Shown here: piece after piece, positions 19,924 to 29,786 of the stretch
How positions within the stretch are numbered: the first letter of the stretch is position 1
Layout: every line of letters starts with the position of its first letter
NCBI GenBank assembly: GCA_902610995.1
Contig: CACLXU010000002.1
Location: 64,036 to 128,035 of the forward strand
Direction of reading: 5' to 3'
Length of the DNA stretch: 64,000 nt
DNA from: an uncultured SAR86 cluster bacterium
GTDB lineage: Bacteria > Pseudomonadota > Gammaproteobacteria > Magnimaribacterales > TMED112
Program-made: the position numbers and the translations under genes
The notes under the pieces: model-generated
Database searches by the model: none
Told to the model about the DNA's origin: nothing
Seen by the model: only the letters and a program-made list of their open reading frames with translations

Positions 19924-21288
19924 TTAAAAAAATGAAATTCCAAATAGAATTTGTAGATTTCCTAGTGTCCATATAGTAAGCAAGCTAATTGGACTTACCC
20001 ACTTTAAGACAAATACCCAAAGATTTAGCAAGAATTTATTTTCTAGCCCCATTACATCTGAATTTATTGTATTTTCAAGTCTCCAGCCTACAAAAACTGA
20101 TATTCCTGTTCCCACCAAAAGTAAGAGGAAATCATCAGCCAGATATTTCATCGCTTCAAAAGGGTTATCTAAAGCACCTATAGTCACATCCTTCCAAACA
20201 TTGAAACCTGCCACGCTTACTAAGGAAAGAAAGAAGCAAACAACTACAATTATGAATGCTGCTTTGAATCTTGAAACAGAAAATTTTTCCGATACAAAAA
20301 CAACGCTAGGCTCTAAAATTGAAATCATTGAACTGAAAGCTGCAACTGCAAGAAGAAAATAAAATAAAGGTCCTATAAACTGTCCTAATGTACCCATCTC
20401 AGCAAAAGCTGTGGTCATTGTTTTAAAAACAAGCTCTGTCCCTGCAGTAGGATCTAAGGCAAAGAAGAAAACTAATGGAAATATTGCAAGTCCAGCAAAT
20501 AGCGCTACTCCAGTATCTGCTGTTACAACAATTACAGAAGCTTTTGACACAGTTTGATTTTTTGGCATATATGATCCAAATGCCATCAATGTCCCCATAC
20601 CAATACTTAATGAGAAAAAGGCTTGTCCTACAGCTGCCTGTATTGTTCCTGCATTAAATTGATCAGCCTTCCAAGAGAAAAGGTAGTTTAAAGCTGACGG
20701 CATGTCTCCTTTAATTGCACCATAGCCAACAAGCAACAAAACTAAGACAAACAACATCGGCAATAATATTCTCATGGCCGATTCAATTCCTTTATCTATC
20801 CCAAATCCTACAACAATACCTGAACCAACTAGGAATAAAGAGAACCAGAAGGTCATCTCCCAAAAACTGGAAACTTCTGTGGCATAAACCACGGCAGGGT
20901 CAAGCTCGCCAAAGCCTGCTAATGAGATAAATCCATAGTTGATAACAAGGCCTGCTATTACAGCGTAGTAGCCAGCAATAAGAAGGCTTGCTAGTATGCC
21001 CGAGTAGCCAACAAGATTCCAAGAACGTGAAGAATTTGAGCTTTTTGCCAGATTTTCAACTGCTGAAACTGGATTAGCTTTCCCTTTTTTTCCTATGAAT
21101 ACCTCGGCCATAAAAACAGGCAAACCAAGCACAACTACAAAAAACATGTAAAGAAGAACAAATAATCCTCCACCGTTCTCACCAGCTTTATATGGGAATC
21201 CCCAAATATTTCCGAGCCCAACTGCAGAACCTGTTGCAGCTAGTAAAAAAGCTAAATTATTGTTCCATTGATTTGATTTTGCTTGCAT
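19924..21288 (-). CDS. Sodium-dependent transporter, neurotransmitter:sodium symporter (NSS/SNF) family
   Basis: 454 aa, multi-pass, with N-terminal AATGSAVGLGNIWGFPY typical of NSS transporters. Confidence 0.85.
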   Translation of the reverse strand: MQAKSNQWNNNLAFLLAATGSAVGLGNIWGFPYKAGENGGGLFVLLYMFFVVVLGLPVFMAEVFIGKKGKANPVSAVENLAKSSNSSRSWNLVGYSGILASLLIAGYYAVIAGLVINYGFISLAGFGELDPAVVYATEVSSFWEMTFWFSLFLVGSGIVVGFGIDKGIESAMRILLPMLFVLVLLLVGYGAIKGDMPSALNYLFSWKADQFNAGTIQAAVGQAFFSLSIGMGTLMAFGSYMPKNQTVSKASVIVVTADTGVALFAGLAIFPLVFFFALDPTAGTELVFKTMTTAFAEMGTLGQFIGPLFYFLLAVAAFSSMISILEPSVVFVSEKFSVSRFKAAFIIVVVCFFLSLVSVAGFNVWKDVTIGALDNPFEAMKYLADDFLLLLVGTGISVFVGWRLENTINSDVMGLENKFLLNLWVFVLKWVSPISLLTIWTLGNLQILFGISFF

Positions 21289-21290
21289 AG

Positions 21291-21737
21291 CTAAAAAGTG
21301 TTGTTATTAAATATAAACGCAATCATAAGTAAATGGCAAATTCTAATTGAGAAAGTAAGATGAAATCTCAACTGTTGGTACCAGTCAAGATTTACAATTA
21401 GTGTTTTTTCTGATCTATAAATTAGCTCGTGAACTAGTAGAAGAGACAGCATAACAAATATTGCATAATCAGCATCATCAAAAATATAAAAATATAAGAT
21501 GAAAAATAGTAAGAAAAATATTGCGACTGCGGAAAAAATTGATTTATTTTGTGACAAAGATAAACCCCACAATGTGCCAGACATAAAAACAGCCATTAAT
21601 AATGACCAGTTAAAAAAATGATAATGAAGCTGATAATCCAAAGCTAATTTTGGTGAGATCCAGCTTATAATTGGTATAGAAATAAAGGGTAAAAGGCCTA
21701 AGTAACAATATGTTTTTATCTTATCTTGTAAAATCAT
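21291..21737 (-). CDS. Small multi-pass membrane protein of unknown function
   Basis: The ORF track extends it to 21872, but that extension overlaps smpB. I start it at Met46 (MILQDKIKTYCYLGLLPF), 4 nt from the smpB ATG. It has 4-5 hydrophobic segments. I do not recognise the family with any confidence. Confidence 0.55.
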   Translation of the reverse strand: MILQDKIKTYCYLGLLPFISIPIISWISPKLALDYQLHYHFFNWSLLMAVFMSGTLWGLSLSQNKSIFSAVAIFFLLFFILYFYIFDDADYAIFVMLSLLLVHELIYRSEKTLIVNLDWYQQLRFHLTFSIRICHLLMIAFIFNNNTF

Positions 21738-21741
21738 AATT

Positions 21742-22197
21742 ATGAATAGTAAAACTGTAGCATCAAATAAGAAAGCCAGATTTGATTTTTTTCTGGAAGA
21801 AAATTTTGTTGCAGGTCTTTTGCTTGAAGGGTGGGAGGTCAAATCACTAAGAGAAGGTAAATTAAATATCAAGGAAGCCTATATTAAAGATATAAAAGGT
21901 GAACTTTGGTTAGTTGGTGCAAGGATAGATCCAGCCAAGTATATAAATCAAAAACAACAAGTTAATCCGGAACGTTTCAGAAAGCTTTTATTAAACCAAC
22001 GAGAGATTGAGAAGATACTATTTGCTATTTCTGCTAAAGGCCAGACATGTGTTCCTGTTAAGCTTTTTTGGAGAGGGCATCTAGCAAAGCTAGAGATATC
22101 TTTAGCAAAAGGCAAGAAAAATTATGATAAAAGACAAGCCAAAAAATCTGCAGATATAAAAAGAGAGCAAGAAAGAGCTTTAAAAAAGTATAAATAA
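21742..22197 (+). CDS. smpB: SsrA-binding protein SmpB
   Basis: 151 aa with NKKARFDFFLEE and GWEVKSLREGK. Followed directly by tmRNA. Confidence 0.93.
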   Translation: MNSKTVASNKKARFDFFLEENFVAGLLLEGWEVKSLREGKLNIKEAYIKDIKGELWLVGARIDPAKYINQKQQVNPERFRKLLLNQREIEKILFAISAKGQTCVPVKLFWRGHLAKLEISLAKGKKNYDKRQAKKSADIKREQERALKKYK

Positions 22198-22216
22198 ACA
22201 TTATCATTCTCCGTTC

Positions 22217-22559
22217 GGGGGCGTATTTGGCTTTGACGACTACCACGGAACCCGAAGTGCATACCGAGAATAAACATACCTCGTAAACTTTGTTTAAAAA
22301 TTTAGTTGCAGATAACTACAACTATAGATTGGCAGCTTAATGTCAACCTGCTATCATTTGTGACCTACAACATTTGATAGTAGTCATTTTGTAGGATATA
22401 TTCAGATTTCGCCCAGAATCTGAAAGAAAATTTTGGGCTTTGGTTTTTGTGTCTTGATCATCAGGCTACAATATGCCGAGATTAATTGATGAATCTAAGT
22501 ATGTAGATACGAGGAGAAAGTGATGACGGACGTGGGTTCGAATCCCGCCGCCTCCACCA
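22217..22559 (+). ncRNA. ssrA: tmRNA (SsrA)
   Basis: The 5' GGGGGCG pairs with the 3' CGCCUCC-A-CCA, including a G3:U70 pair. It has a T-arm (GGGTTCGAATCCC) and a tag reading frame at 22308-22340 (GCA GAT AAC TAC AAC TAT AGA TTG GCA GCT TAA, ADNYNYRLAA). The surrounding context parallels E. coli ssrA (CCTCGTAAA...GCAGCTTAA...AACCTGC). Confidence 0.93.
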
Positions 22560-22571
22560 AGTTAAATAAAT

Positions 22572-22826
22572 ATGGCAAATTCAAAATCGGCTGATAAAAG
22601 AGCCAGGCAAAATAGAAGCAGGTATGAGTTAAAACATGCCCAAAGATCTATTGTAAGAACATCGGTAAAAAATGTTCTTTCTGCCGTGGAGTCGAAAGAT
22701 AAAAAAGTAAAAGATATCTTTAAAGACTCTCAAGCTAAAATCGATAGACTTGCAGATAAAGGTGTAATTCATAAAAATAAAGCAGCCAGATTAAAAAGCA
22801 GATTGAACAGTAAACTTAAATCTTAA
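22572..22826 (+). CDS. rpsT: 30S ribosomal protein S20
   Basis: 84 aa starting MANSKSADKRARQ. Confidence 0.93.
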   Translation: MANSKSADKRARQNRSRYELKHAQRSIVRTSVKNVLSAVESKDKKVKDIFKDSQAKIDRLADKGVIHKNKAARLKSRLNSKLKS

Positions 22827-23802
22827 GTAGCTTCTCTTTTAATACCTCATACCCTTCCATGGTCTTTGATGAAATCGGGAATATAGGCATTTCAGGATAT
22901 TTTTCTTGAAAAAAATTTATAATTTGCGCAAGCTGATTTTCAGAAACTAAGTCAATTTTTGAGATAATTAGCCACCTTGATTGATTTGAGAAATCTAAAT
23001 GAAACTCTTTTAATTCTTTTTCAATGGTTGAATATGATTCATTTGCCTTGTCTAGTCCAAATGAGCTGTCAACAACGTGAAGCAATAATTTTGTTCTGAA
23101 AGCATGTTTAAGAAATTTTGTTCCAAGCCCTGACCCCTCTGATGCTCCTTCAATAATTCCAGGTAAATCTGCAATACTAATTTTTTTAAATTCATTTTCA
23201 AGAATTCCTAATGAAGGATCTAAAGTTGTAAATTCATAAGCTCCAATTTTGGATTTTGAGTTTGTAATTGAATTTATTAAAGATGATTTGCCTGCGTTTG
23301 GCAGTCCAAGTAGACCAACATCTGCAATCAGTCGCAATTCAAGAAATAGGTTTCTTTCTTCAGGCTCCTCTCCTTTAGTAGTTTTTTTAGGAGATTGATT
23401 GGTTGAGGATTTAAATCTAGCATTGCCCAGTCCACCTTTGCCGCCCTTAGCAACAATAATATCTGAATTTTCTGAAGAAATTTCACCAATGAGCTCTTTT
23501 GTTTGCTCCAAAAAAATTAACGTGCCCTCTGGTACAAAAATTACTTCATTCTCTCCAGATTCACCTTTTTTATTTTTTCCGCTTCCTGCTTTTCCTTTTG
23601 TAGCTGAAAATTGTCTTTTGCCCTTCAATGAAATTAATGAATTTAAATTCTTGTCTAGTCTAATTAAAACATCCCCACCTTTTCCACCATCTCCACCATC
23701 AGGGCCGCCTCTTGGAATATACTTTTCTCGACGGAAGCTAGAACAGCCGTCACCACCTTTTCCAGAAATTACTGTGATTCTGGCTTCATCATAAAAAGCC
23801 AT
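22816..23802 (-). CDS. obg: GTPase Obg/CgtA
   Basis: 328 aa with a Gly-rich Obg fold (GGDGCSSFRREKYIPRGGPDGGDGGKGG) and a G domain (GLPNAGKSSL). Lies downstream of rplU-rpmA. Confidence 0.93.
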   Translation of the reverse strand: MAFYDEARITVISGKGGDGCSSFRREKYIPRGGPDGGDGGKGGDVLIRLDKNLNSLISLKGKRQFSATKGKAGSGKNKKGESGENEVIFVPEGTLIFLEQTKELIGEISSENSDIIVAKGGKGGLGNARFKSSTNQSPKKTTKGEEPEERNLFLELRLIADVGLLGLPNAGKSSLINSITNSKSKIGAYEFTTLDPSLGILENEFKKISIADLPGIIEGASEGSGLGTKFLKHAFRTKLLLHVVDSSFGLDKANESYSTIEKELKEFHLDFSNQSRWLIISKIDLVSENQLAQIINFFQEKYPEMPIFPISSKTMEGYEVLKEKLLKI

Positions 23803-23808
23803 AGATAT

Positions 23809-24069
23809 CTATTTAGAGGGGATAATATTGACGAAATTACGTTTTCTTGCTCCTTTTTTTTGGAACTGAACATCACCAGAAGTTAGTGCAAAAAGTGTAT
23901 CATCCCTTCCTTTCCCAACATTGAGACCTGCGTGGTACTTAGTTCCTCTTTGCCTAACAAGAATTTCACCCGCACTTACTGCTTGACCACCAAATCTCTT
24001 TACTCCTAGAAAATTAGGATTAGAATCTCTTCCATTTTTACTGGAGCCACCAGCTTTTTTATGTGCCAT
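23809..24069 (-). CDS. rpmA: 50S ribosomal protein L27
   Basis: 86 aa starting [16 protein letters not shown]. Confidence 0.96.
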   Translation of the reverse strand: MAHKKAGGSSKNGRDSNPNFLGVKRFGGQAVSAGEILVRQRGTKYHAGLNVGKGRDDTLFALTSGDVQFQKKGARKRNFVNIIPSK

Positions 24070-24379
24070 TGTTTATTTCCTTAATATCGATTTTGGTTAT
24101 TTTTCTTCTGTGTCCAACTATTCTTTTTGAATCTTTTCTTCTTCTAAATTGTATAGCATAAACCTTATCTTTTTTATTATGGGAAACCACTTTGCCCTCT
24201 ACAAATGCCTTTGAAACATATGGTTTTCCAATTTTTGGTGATTTTCCATCAGATATTAGTAAGACCTTCTCAAATTTCACTTTATCACCATCTTTTTTAT
24301 CAGAAATAAAGTCTACTTCGATAATTGAACCAACTTCAACTTTTTCCTGACTATTACCTGTGTCTATAATTGCGTACAT
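24059..24379 (-). CDS. rplU: 50S ribosomal protein L21
   Basis: 106 aa starting [14 protein letters not shown]. Part of the rplU-rpmA-obg order. Confidence 0.95.
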   Translation of the reverse strand: MYAIIDTGNSQEKVEVGSIIEVDFISDKKDGDKVKFEKVLLISDGKSPKIGKPYVSKAFVEGKVVSHNKKDKVYAIQFRRRKDSKRIVGHRRKITKIDIKEINNGT

Positions 24380-24395
24380 CTCTTAAAATATTACT

Positions 24396-25340
24396 ATGCC
24401 TATATTCGAGGAACAAAATTTAACTGAATTTTTGGCTGAAGTAAAGCTAAATATGGAGAATATCACTGATTCTCATGAAGAAGATATACAGGAAATTAAC
24501 GATTATATCTTCCAATCGTCAGGAAAATTTATTAGATCTAAGCTTATTTTCATTTATGGAACATTTTTAGGAGTTGATAGAAAGGATTTAATTGAATTAT
24601 CTTCAGCAACAGAACTCATACATCTTTCGACACTTATACATGATGATATTATCGATGATGCGCCAATAAGACGTGGTAAAAAAACAATATTTAAAAAATG
24701 GGGAGTTACCAAAGCATTACTATATGGCGATTATTTGTACACCAAAACATTTAGTTCGCTTAATAGCTTACAAAATCAGAAGATTGCGAGCATCTTAATT
24801 CAATGTGCAGAAAAACTTATTGAAGGTGAGTTTAAACAACTTAAAAACATTGGAAATTTAAATGTTTCCATTAGTGATTATCAAATTGTTATAAATAATA
24901 AAACTGCCGTACTATTTTCTGGGATTCTGGAATCCATAGCAATTTATGCAAAACTTGAAAAACATCAAGTTATGGTTTTGAAAGACCTTGGTCAAGAGTT
25001 TGGTTATGCATTTCAGCTCAACGATGATCTATCAGATTTTGTAAATGCTGAAAGTGGGAAAAAAACATTTAAAGATCTTTCTGAAAATAAGTATACCTTT
25101 CCCTTGATAGTTGTCTTAAATAACTCAGTGGCTTCAAAAAAAGAGAAAATTATTAAACTTATTCATGCAGGTGATTACCAAAGTGTAAAAAAAGAGATTG
25201 AAAAGGATGACGGTTTTAAAAAAACACGTAGTGAAAGAGATAAAGCAATACAGAATTGTATAAAAATGACAAAAAAGCTTTTAGCAGACGAAAACTTGCA
25301 ATATGCAGAGAATTTTTTAATATCCACCCTTAAATCATGA
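24396..25340 (+). CDS. ispB: Octaprenyl (long-chain polyprenyl) diphosphate synthase
   Basis: 314 aa with two Asp-rich motifs (LIHDDIIDD and NDDLSDF). Divergent from rplU, as in E. coli. Confidence 0.85.
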   Translation: MPIFEEQNLTEFLAEVKLNMENITDSHEEDIQEINDYIFQSSGKFIRSKLIFIYGTFLGVDRKDLIELSSATELIHLSTLIHDDIIDDAPIRRGKKTIFKKWGVTKALLYGDYLYTKTFSSLNSLQNQKIASILIQCAEKLIEGEFKQLKNIGNLNVSISDYQIVINNKTAVLFSGILESIAIYAKLEKHQVMVLKDLGQEFGYAFQLNDDLSDFVNAESGKKTFKDLSENKYTFPLIVVLNNSVASKKEKIIKLIHAGDYQSVKKEIEKDDGFKKTRSERDKAIQNCIKMTKKLLADENLQYAENFLISTLKS

Positions 25341-26536
25341 AAAGAGTTGTAATTACAGGTATTGGGGTTTTATCTCCTATTGGAAATGATGCTGATAGCA
25401 TTTCTGATTCCCTGTTGAATGGAAAATCAGGTTTAATATTGAATCAAGACTTCATTGATAATGGAATGAGATGTCATGTATCAGGTAACATTTCAGCAGA
25501 TATAGATCAGATCGATAGAAAATTCCTTCGCTTCATGAGCGAAACTTCAGCTTACTCATATCTTGCTGCTGAGGCAGCTATAAAAGACTCAGGTTTATCA
25601 ATGAATGATATTCAAAGCGAAAATACAGGCGTAGTCGTAGGTTCAGGCACTGGGTCTAGTAAAGAAATTCAGAGAGTGATGGATGTTTCCAGAGAACGTG
25701 GAATTAAGAGGATTGGTCCATATTCAGTAACGAAAACAATGAGTAACACCACATCTGCAGCAATTTCTACTTTTTTTCAAACTAAAGGTATTTCATATTC
25801 TATTGCGTCAGCTTGTACAACAAGTCTGCATTGTATATCTCATGGATGTGACTTAATTAAACTAGGCAGACAGCAAATTGTGATTGCAGGAGGAGCTGAA
25901 GACTTTCATTGGTCAGGGTCAATTATGTTTGATGCCATGGGAGCCTTAAGTACTAAACACAATTCAAATCCTGAATCAGCGTCTCGTCCATATGACTTAA
26001 ATAGAGATGGTTTTGTTCCCTCTGGAGGAGCAGGGATAGTGATACTCGAAGAGTATGAAGCTGCAAAAAGAAGAGGAGCCACAATCTATGGTGAAATTGT
26101 GTCCTACAATGAAACAAGTGATGGTTATTCTCTTGTAGCACCATCTGGGGACGGAGCAAAAAGATGCATGCAAGGTTTAAATCTAGATAAACCAGTTGAC
26201 TATATAAATACACACGGAACAAGCACCCCTGTTGGTGACACTTCTGAACTTGCTGCTATATCAGAAATTTTTGGGAGCTCAATACCACCTTTATCCTCCA
26301 CGAAATCTTTGACAGGTCACACCCTTGGAGCTGCTGGAGTACATGAGGTAATATTTGGACTTCTGATGATGAAGAACAACTTCATTGCAGGAAGCTTCAA
26401 TATTGAGGAACTTGACCCAGAGGTGGGTGCAGTTCCAATCCTGAGAGAATCGAAAGAATGCCAAGTAAATTCATTTATATCGAATTCATTTGGTTTTGGT
26501 GGCACTAATGGTTCAATAGCTATCAGAAAGGTCTAA
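25337..26536 (+). CDS. fabB: 3-oxoacyl-ACP synthase I
   Basis: 399 aa. It aligns by eye along its whole length to E. coli FabB ([69 protein letters not shown]). Confidence 0.85.
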   Translation: MKRVVITGIGVLSPIGNDADSISDSLLNGKSGLILNQDFIDNGMRCHVSGNISADIDQIDRKFLRFMSETSAYSYLAAEAAIKDSGLSMNDIQSENTGVVVGSGTGSSKEIQRVMDVSRERGIKRIGPYSVTKTMSNTTSAAISTFFQTKGISYSIASACTTSLHCISHGCDLIKLGRQQIVIAGGAEDFHWSGSIMFDAMGALSTKHNSNPESASRPYDLNRDGFVPSGGAGIVILEEYEAAKRRGATIYGEIVSYNETSDGYSLVAPSGDGAKRCMQGLNLDKPVDYINTHGTSTPVGDTSELAAISEIFGSSIPPLSSTKSLTGHTLGAAGVHEVIFGLLMMKNNFIAGSFNIEELDPEVGAVPILRESKECQVNSFISNSFGFGGTNGSIAIRKV

Positions 26537-26952
26537 AAAGGTATGTCCTCTTCGAAATCATCTTTAGGCTTTTCACTCTCAACCTTAGACGAATTCTCTT
26601 GAGCCTGGCTTGTAGAGCGAGAATCAAGCATTGTCATTTCTTTAGCAACTACTTCAGTTGTGTATCTATCTTTACCTTCTTGGTCTTGCCACTTTCTTGT
26701 TTGAAGTTTACCTTCTACAAAAACTTTTGAGCCTTTTTTTAAATACTGCTCTGCAATTTCAGCTAACCTAGAAAACATTACAACTCTGTGCCATTCTACT
26801 TTTTCTTGCAAATCGCCACTGTTTTTATCTTTCCAACTTTCTGAAGTTGCAATTGAAAGGTTTGCGACTGGATCACCAGCCTTTGTGTATTTAATTTCAG
26901 GATCAGAGCCAAGATTTCCTATAATCAATACTTTATTTACACCATTAGACAT
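26533..26952 (-). CDS. ssb: Single-stranded DNA-binding protein
   Basis: 139 aa with an OB-fold N-terminus ([15 protein letters not shown]) and the acidic tail DDFEEDIPF. Divergent from uvrA. Confidence 0.95.
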   Translation of the reverse strand: MSNGVNKVLIIGNLGSDPEIKYTKAGDPVANLSIATSESWKDKNSGDLQEKVEWHRVVMFSRLAEIAEQYLKKGSKVFVEGKLQTRKWQDQEGKDRYTTEVVAKEMTMLDSRSTSQAQENSSKVESEKPKDDFEEDIPF

Positions 26953-26993
26953 TTAGATATTCTATAATATTTTTTCTTTATATCGGAATCATT

Positions 26994-29786
26994 TTGAAGT
27001 TTATTGACATTAAAGGAGCTAAGGCTCACAACTTAAAGAATTTATCTCTACAAATACCTAGAGATAAGCTAACGGTTATAACAGGTTTATCCGGATCAGG
27101 TAAATCTTCGTTAGCTTTTGATACTATTTATGCTGAGGGCCAAAGGAGATATGTTGAATCTCTCTCAACGTATGCAAGACAGTTCTTGTCAGTAATGGAT
27201 AAGGCAGAAATTGAATCCATTGAAGGCTTATCTCCATCAATCTCAATACAGCAGAAATCAACTTCCCATAACCCAAGATCAACCGTTGGAACAATTACTG
27301 AGGTGCATGATTACCTGAGATTGTTATTTGCAAGAGTTGGAGTGCCAAAATGTCCTGATCATGGTCTAAGTCTTGATGCAAAGCCTGTTGTAACAATGGT
27401 ATCTGATACTATTCGCGAAGAGATGGGTAGCAGTATTTCAGTTTTTGCACCAATAATTATGGATGGGAAGGGAGAGCATATTGAGCTACTTGGTCAACTT
27501 ATGGCAGAAGGGTTCTCAAAGGTAAAAATTGATAATGAAATGTATCAGATTAATAAAGTTCCAATCTTGGAGAGAAATGTTAAACACAATATATCTGTAC
27601 TTGTTGATCAGTTAAAAATCGATAACAGTAAAGATTGTAAACAGAGATTAACAGAATCCATTGAAACAGCATTAACATTCTCTGATGGAAGTGTAGATAT
27701 ATCATCAGAAAAAAAAGAGTATAGACTTTCAAATAAGCACTCTTGTCCTAAATGTAATTATTCTGTACAAGAATTAGAGCCAAAAATTTTTTCTTTTAAT
27801 AACCCAAGTGGTGCTTGTGAGGAGTGTGATGGGCTTGGAGTTAATTCGTATTTTGATGCCGACAAAGTTGTTAAATATAAGAATTTAAGCGTTTCTCAAG
27901 GCTGTGTTGAGCCTTGGAACACACCTTATTATCAAAGCAAATTAATAGGCTTATTTGACTTCTTAAAAGAGGATATTGATAAACCTTGGGCAAAACTTTC
28001 AAAGAAATGTCAGGATATTATTTTATTTGGAATTAATAAAAAAATTCATTTCGTTGATTTAACATCGGGTGAGAAGAAAGAAGAAGTTTTCGAGGGAGTC
28101 ATCAAAAATTTAGAAAGACAGTTTAATAGAACTGATTCATTTTTTATTAAAGAAAAAATAAGTGCTTATATTTCAGAAAAAACATGCAACTCATGTAACG
28201 GATATAGATTAAACAAAGTAGCAAGAAATGTTTTTGTCGAAGATATGAGCCTCCCAGAGATAAGTAACTTAAAAATAAAGGATGCTCTCGATCTAATTGA
28301 AAATCTAAAACTTTCTGGGAATAAATTTGAAATTGCTCAAAAAATTTCAAAGGAAATATCATTGCGTCTTTCTTTCTTGATTGATGTTGGCTTGGATTAC
28401 CTTAACCTTTCAAGAGGCGCTCAAACACTATCTGGAGGTGAAGCCCAAAGAATTAGATTGGCGAGTCAGATTGGTTCAGGTCTGGTGGGAGTAATATATG
28501 TTCTAGATGAACCGTCTATTGGTCTTCATCAACGGGATAATCAAAAACTTATTAATACCTTACTTAAACTTAGAGACCTTGGAAATACTGTAATTGTTGT
28601 TGAGCATGACGAAGAAATGATTAGAAATGCGGATCATATAATCGATTTAGGTCCAGGAGCTGGAATTCATGGAGGAGCAATCGTTGCAGAAGGAAACCTG
28701 AAAGATATATTAAGTAAAAAAGACTCTCTTACATCAAAGTATCTCTCAAAAGAGCTTCAAATTAACTTGAAGGACAAAAACAGAATTGATTCAGTAAAAA
28801 GTATCTATATTCGTGGTGCTGAAACAAATAACTTAAAAAACGTGAGTGTTGAATTTCCATTAAATAAATTAGTAAGCGTTACTGGTGTATCAGGTTCAGG
28901 CAAATCTTCTCTTATAAATCATACTTTAATTCCCGCTATTCAAAATAAGCTTTTGGGTACAAAACTTCCTGAGAGAGTGAAGTATAAAAAACTCATTGGA
29001 GAAGAAAATATAGATAAATTAATATCTATTGATCAGAGCCCTATTGGGAAGACACCAAGATCAAATCCTGCGACTTATACTGGACTCTTTACATATATTC
29101 GTGAAATTTTTGCAAATACTCAAGAATCTAGGGCAAGAGGTTACAAACCAGGAAGATTCTCATTTAACGTACAGGGCGGAAGATGTGAAAATTGTAGAGG
29201 CGAGGGTTGGGTGAAAGTTGAGATGCACTTTTTGCCAGACCTTTTTGTTGAATGTGATGTTTGTAAGGGCAAAAGATTTAGAGACGATACATTAGAAATA
29301 AAATTTAAAGAAAAAAATATTCATGAAATATTAGAAATGACAGTTGAGGAGGGGCTAAGGTTTTTTAAAGCAATACCTCAGATTTATAAAAAACTTTTAA
29401 CACTTAAAGAAGTTGGACTAGCTTATGTTAAGCTGGGTCAGGCAGCTAATACTCTTTCTGGAGGTGAAGCTCAAAGAGTAAAACTATCAAAAGAACTATC
29501 AAAACGCGATACAGGTAAAACACTTTATATTCTTGATGAGCCTACAACAGGATTACATTTTTCTGATATACAAATGTTAATGGATGTACTCAATAGCCTT
29601 GTTAACAAAGGAAACTCAGTGCTAGTAATTGAACACAATCTTGATGTAATCAAGTGTTCTGATTGGATTATTGACCTTGGACCTGAAGGCGGAGATGGTG
29701 GAGGAAATATTGTTGCTGAGGGAAATCTTAAAAAGATTATGAGTAATAAGAAATCTTATACAGGTAAAGTTTTAAAGACTACTTAA
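26994..29786 (+). CDS. uvrA: Excinuclease ABC subunit A
   Basis: 930 aa with a TTG start. It has two ABC modules ([14 protein letters not shown] and [11 protein letters not shown]), LSGGEAQR twice, and CxxC zinc modules. Confidence 0.97.
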   Translation: MKFIDIKGAKAHNLKNLSLQIPRDKLTVITGLSGSGKSSLAFDTIYAEGQRRYVESLSTYARQFLSVMDKAEIESIEGLSPSISIQQKSTSHNPRSTVGTITEVHDYLRLLFARVGVPKCPDHGLSLDAKPVVTMVSDTIREEMGSSISVFAPIIMDGKGEHIELLGQLMAEGFSKVKIDNEMYQINKVPILERNVKHNISVLVDQLKIDNSKDCKQRLTESIETALTFSDGSVDISSEKKEYRLSNKHSCPKCNYSVQELEPKIFSFNNPSGACEECDGLGVNSYFDADKVVKYKNLSVSQGCVEPWNTPYYQSKLIGLFDFLKEDIDKPWAKLSKKCQDIILFGINKKIHFVDLTSGEKKEEVFEGVIKNLERQFNRTDSFFIKEKISAYISEKTCNSCNGYRLNKVARNVFVEDMSLPEISNLKIKDALDLIENLKLSGNKFEIAQKISKEISLRLSFLIDVGLDYLNLSRGAQTLSGGEAQRIRLASQIGSGLVGVIYVLDEPSIGLHQRDNQKLINTLLKLRDLGNTVIVVEHDEEMIRNADHIIDLGPGAGIHGGAIVAEGNLKDILSKKDSLTSKYLSKELQINLKDKNRIDSVKSIYIRGAETNNLKNVSVEFPLNKLVSVTGVSGSGKSSLINHTLIPAIQNKLLGTKLPERVKYKKLIGEENIDKLISIDQSPIGKTPRSNPATYTGLFTYIREIFANTQESRARGYKPGRFSFNVQGGRCENCRGEGWVKVEMHFLPDLFVECDVCKGKRFRDDTLEIKFKEKNIHEILEMTVEEGLRFFKAIPQIYKKLLTLKEVGLAYVKLGQAANTLSGGEAQRVKLSKELSKRDTGKTLYILDEPTTGLHFSDIQMLMDVLNSLVNKGNSVLVIEHNLDVIKCSDWIIDLGPEGGDGGGNIVAEGNLKKIMSNKKSYTGKVLKTT

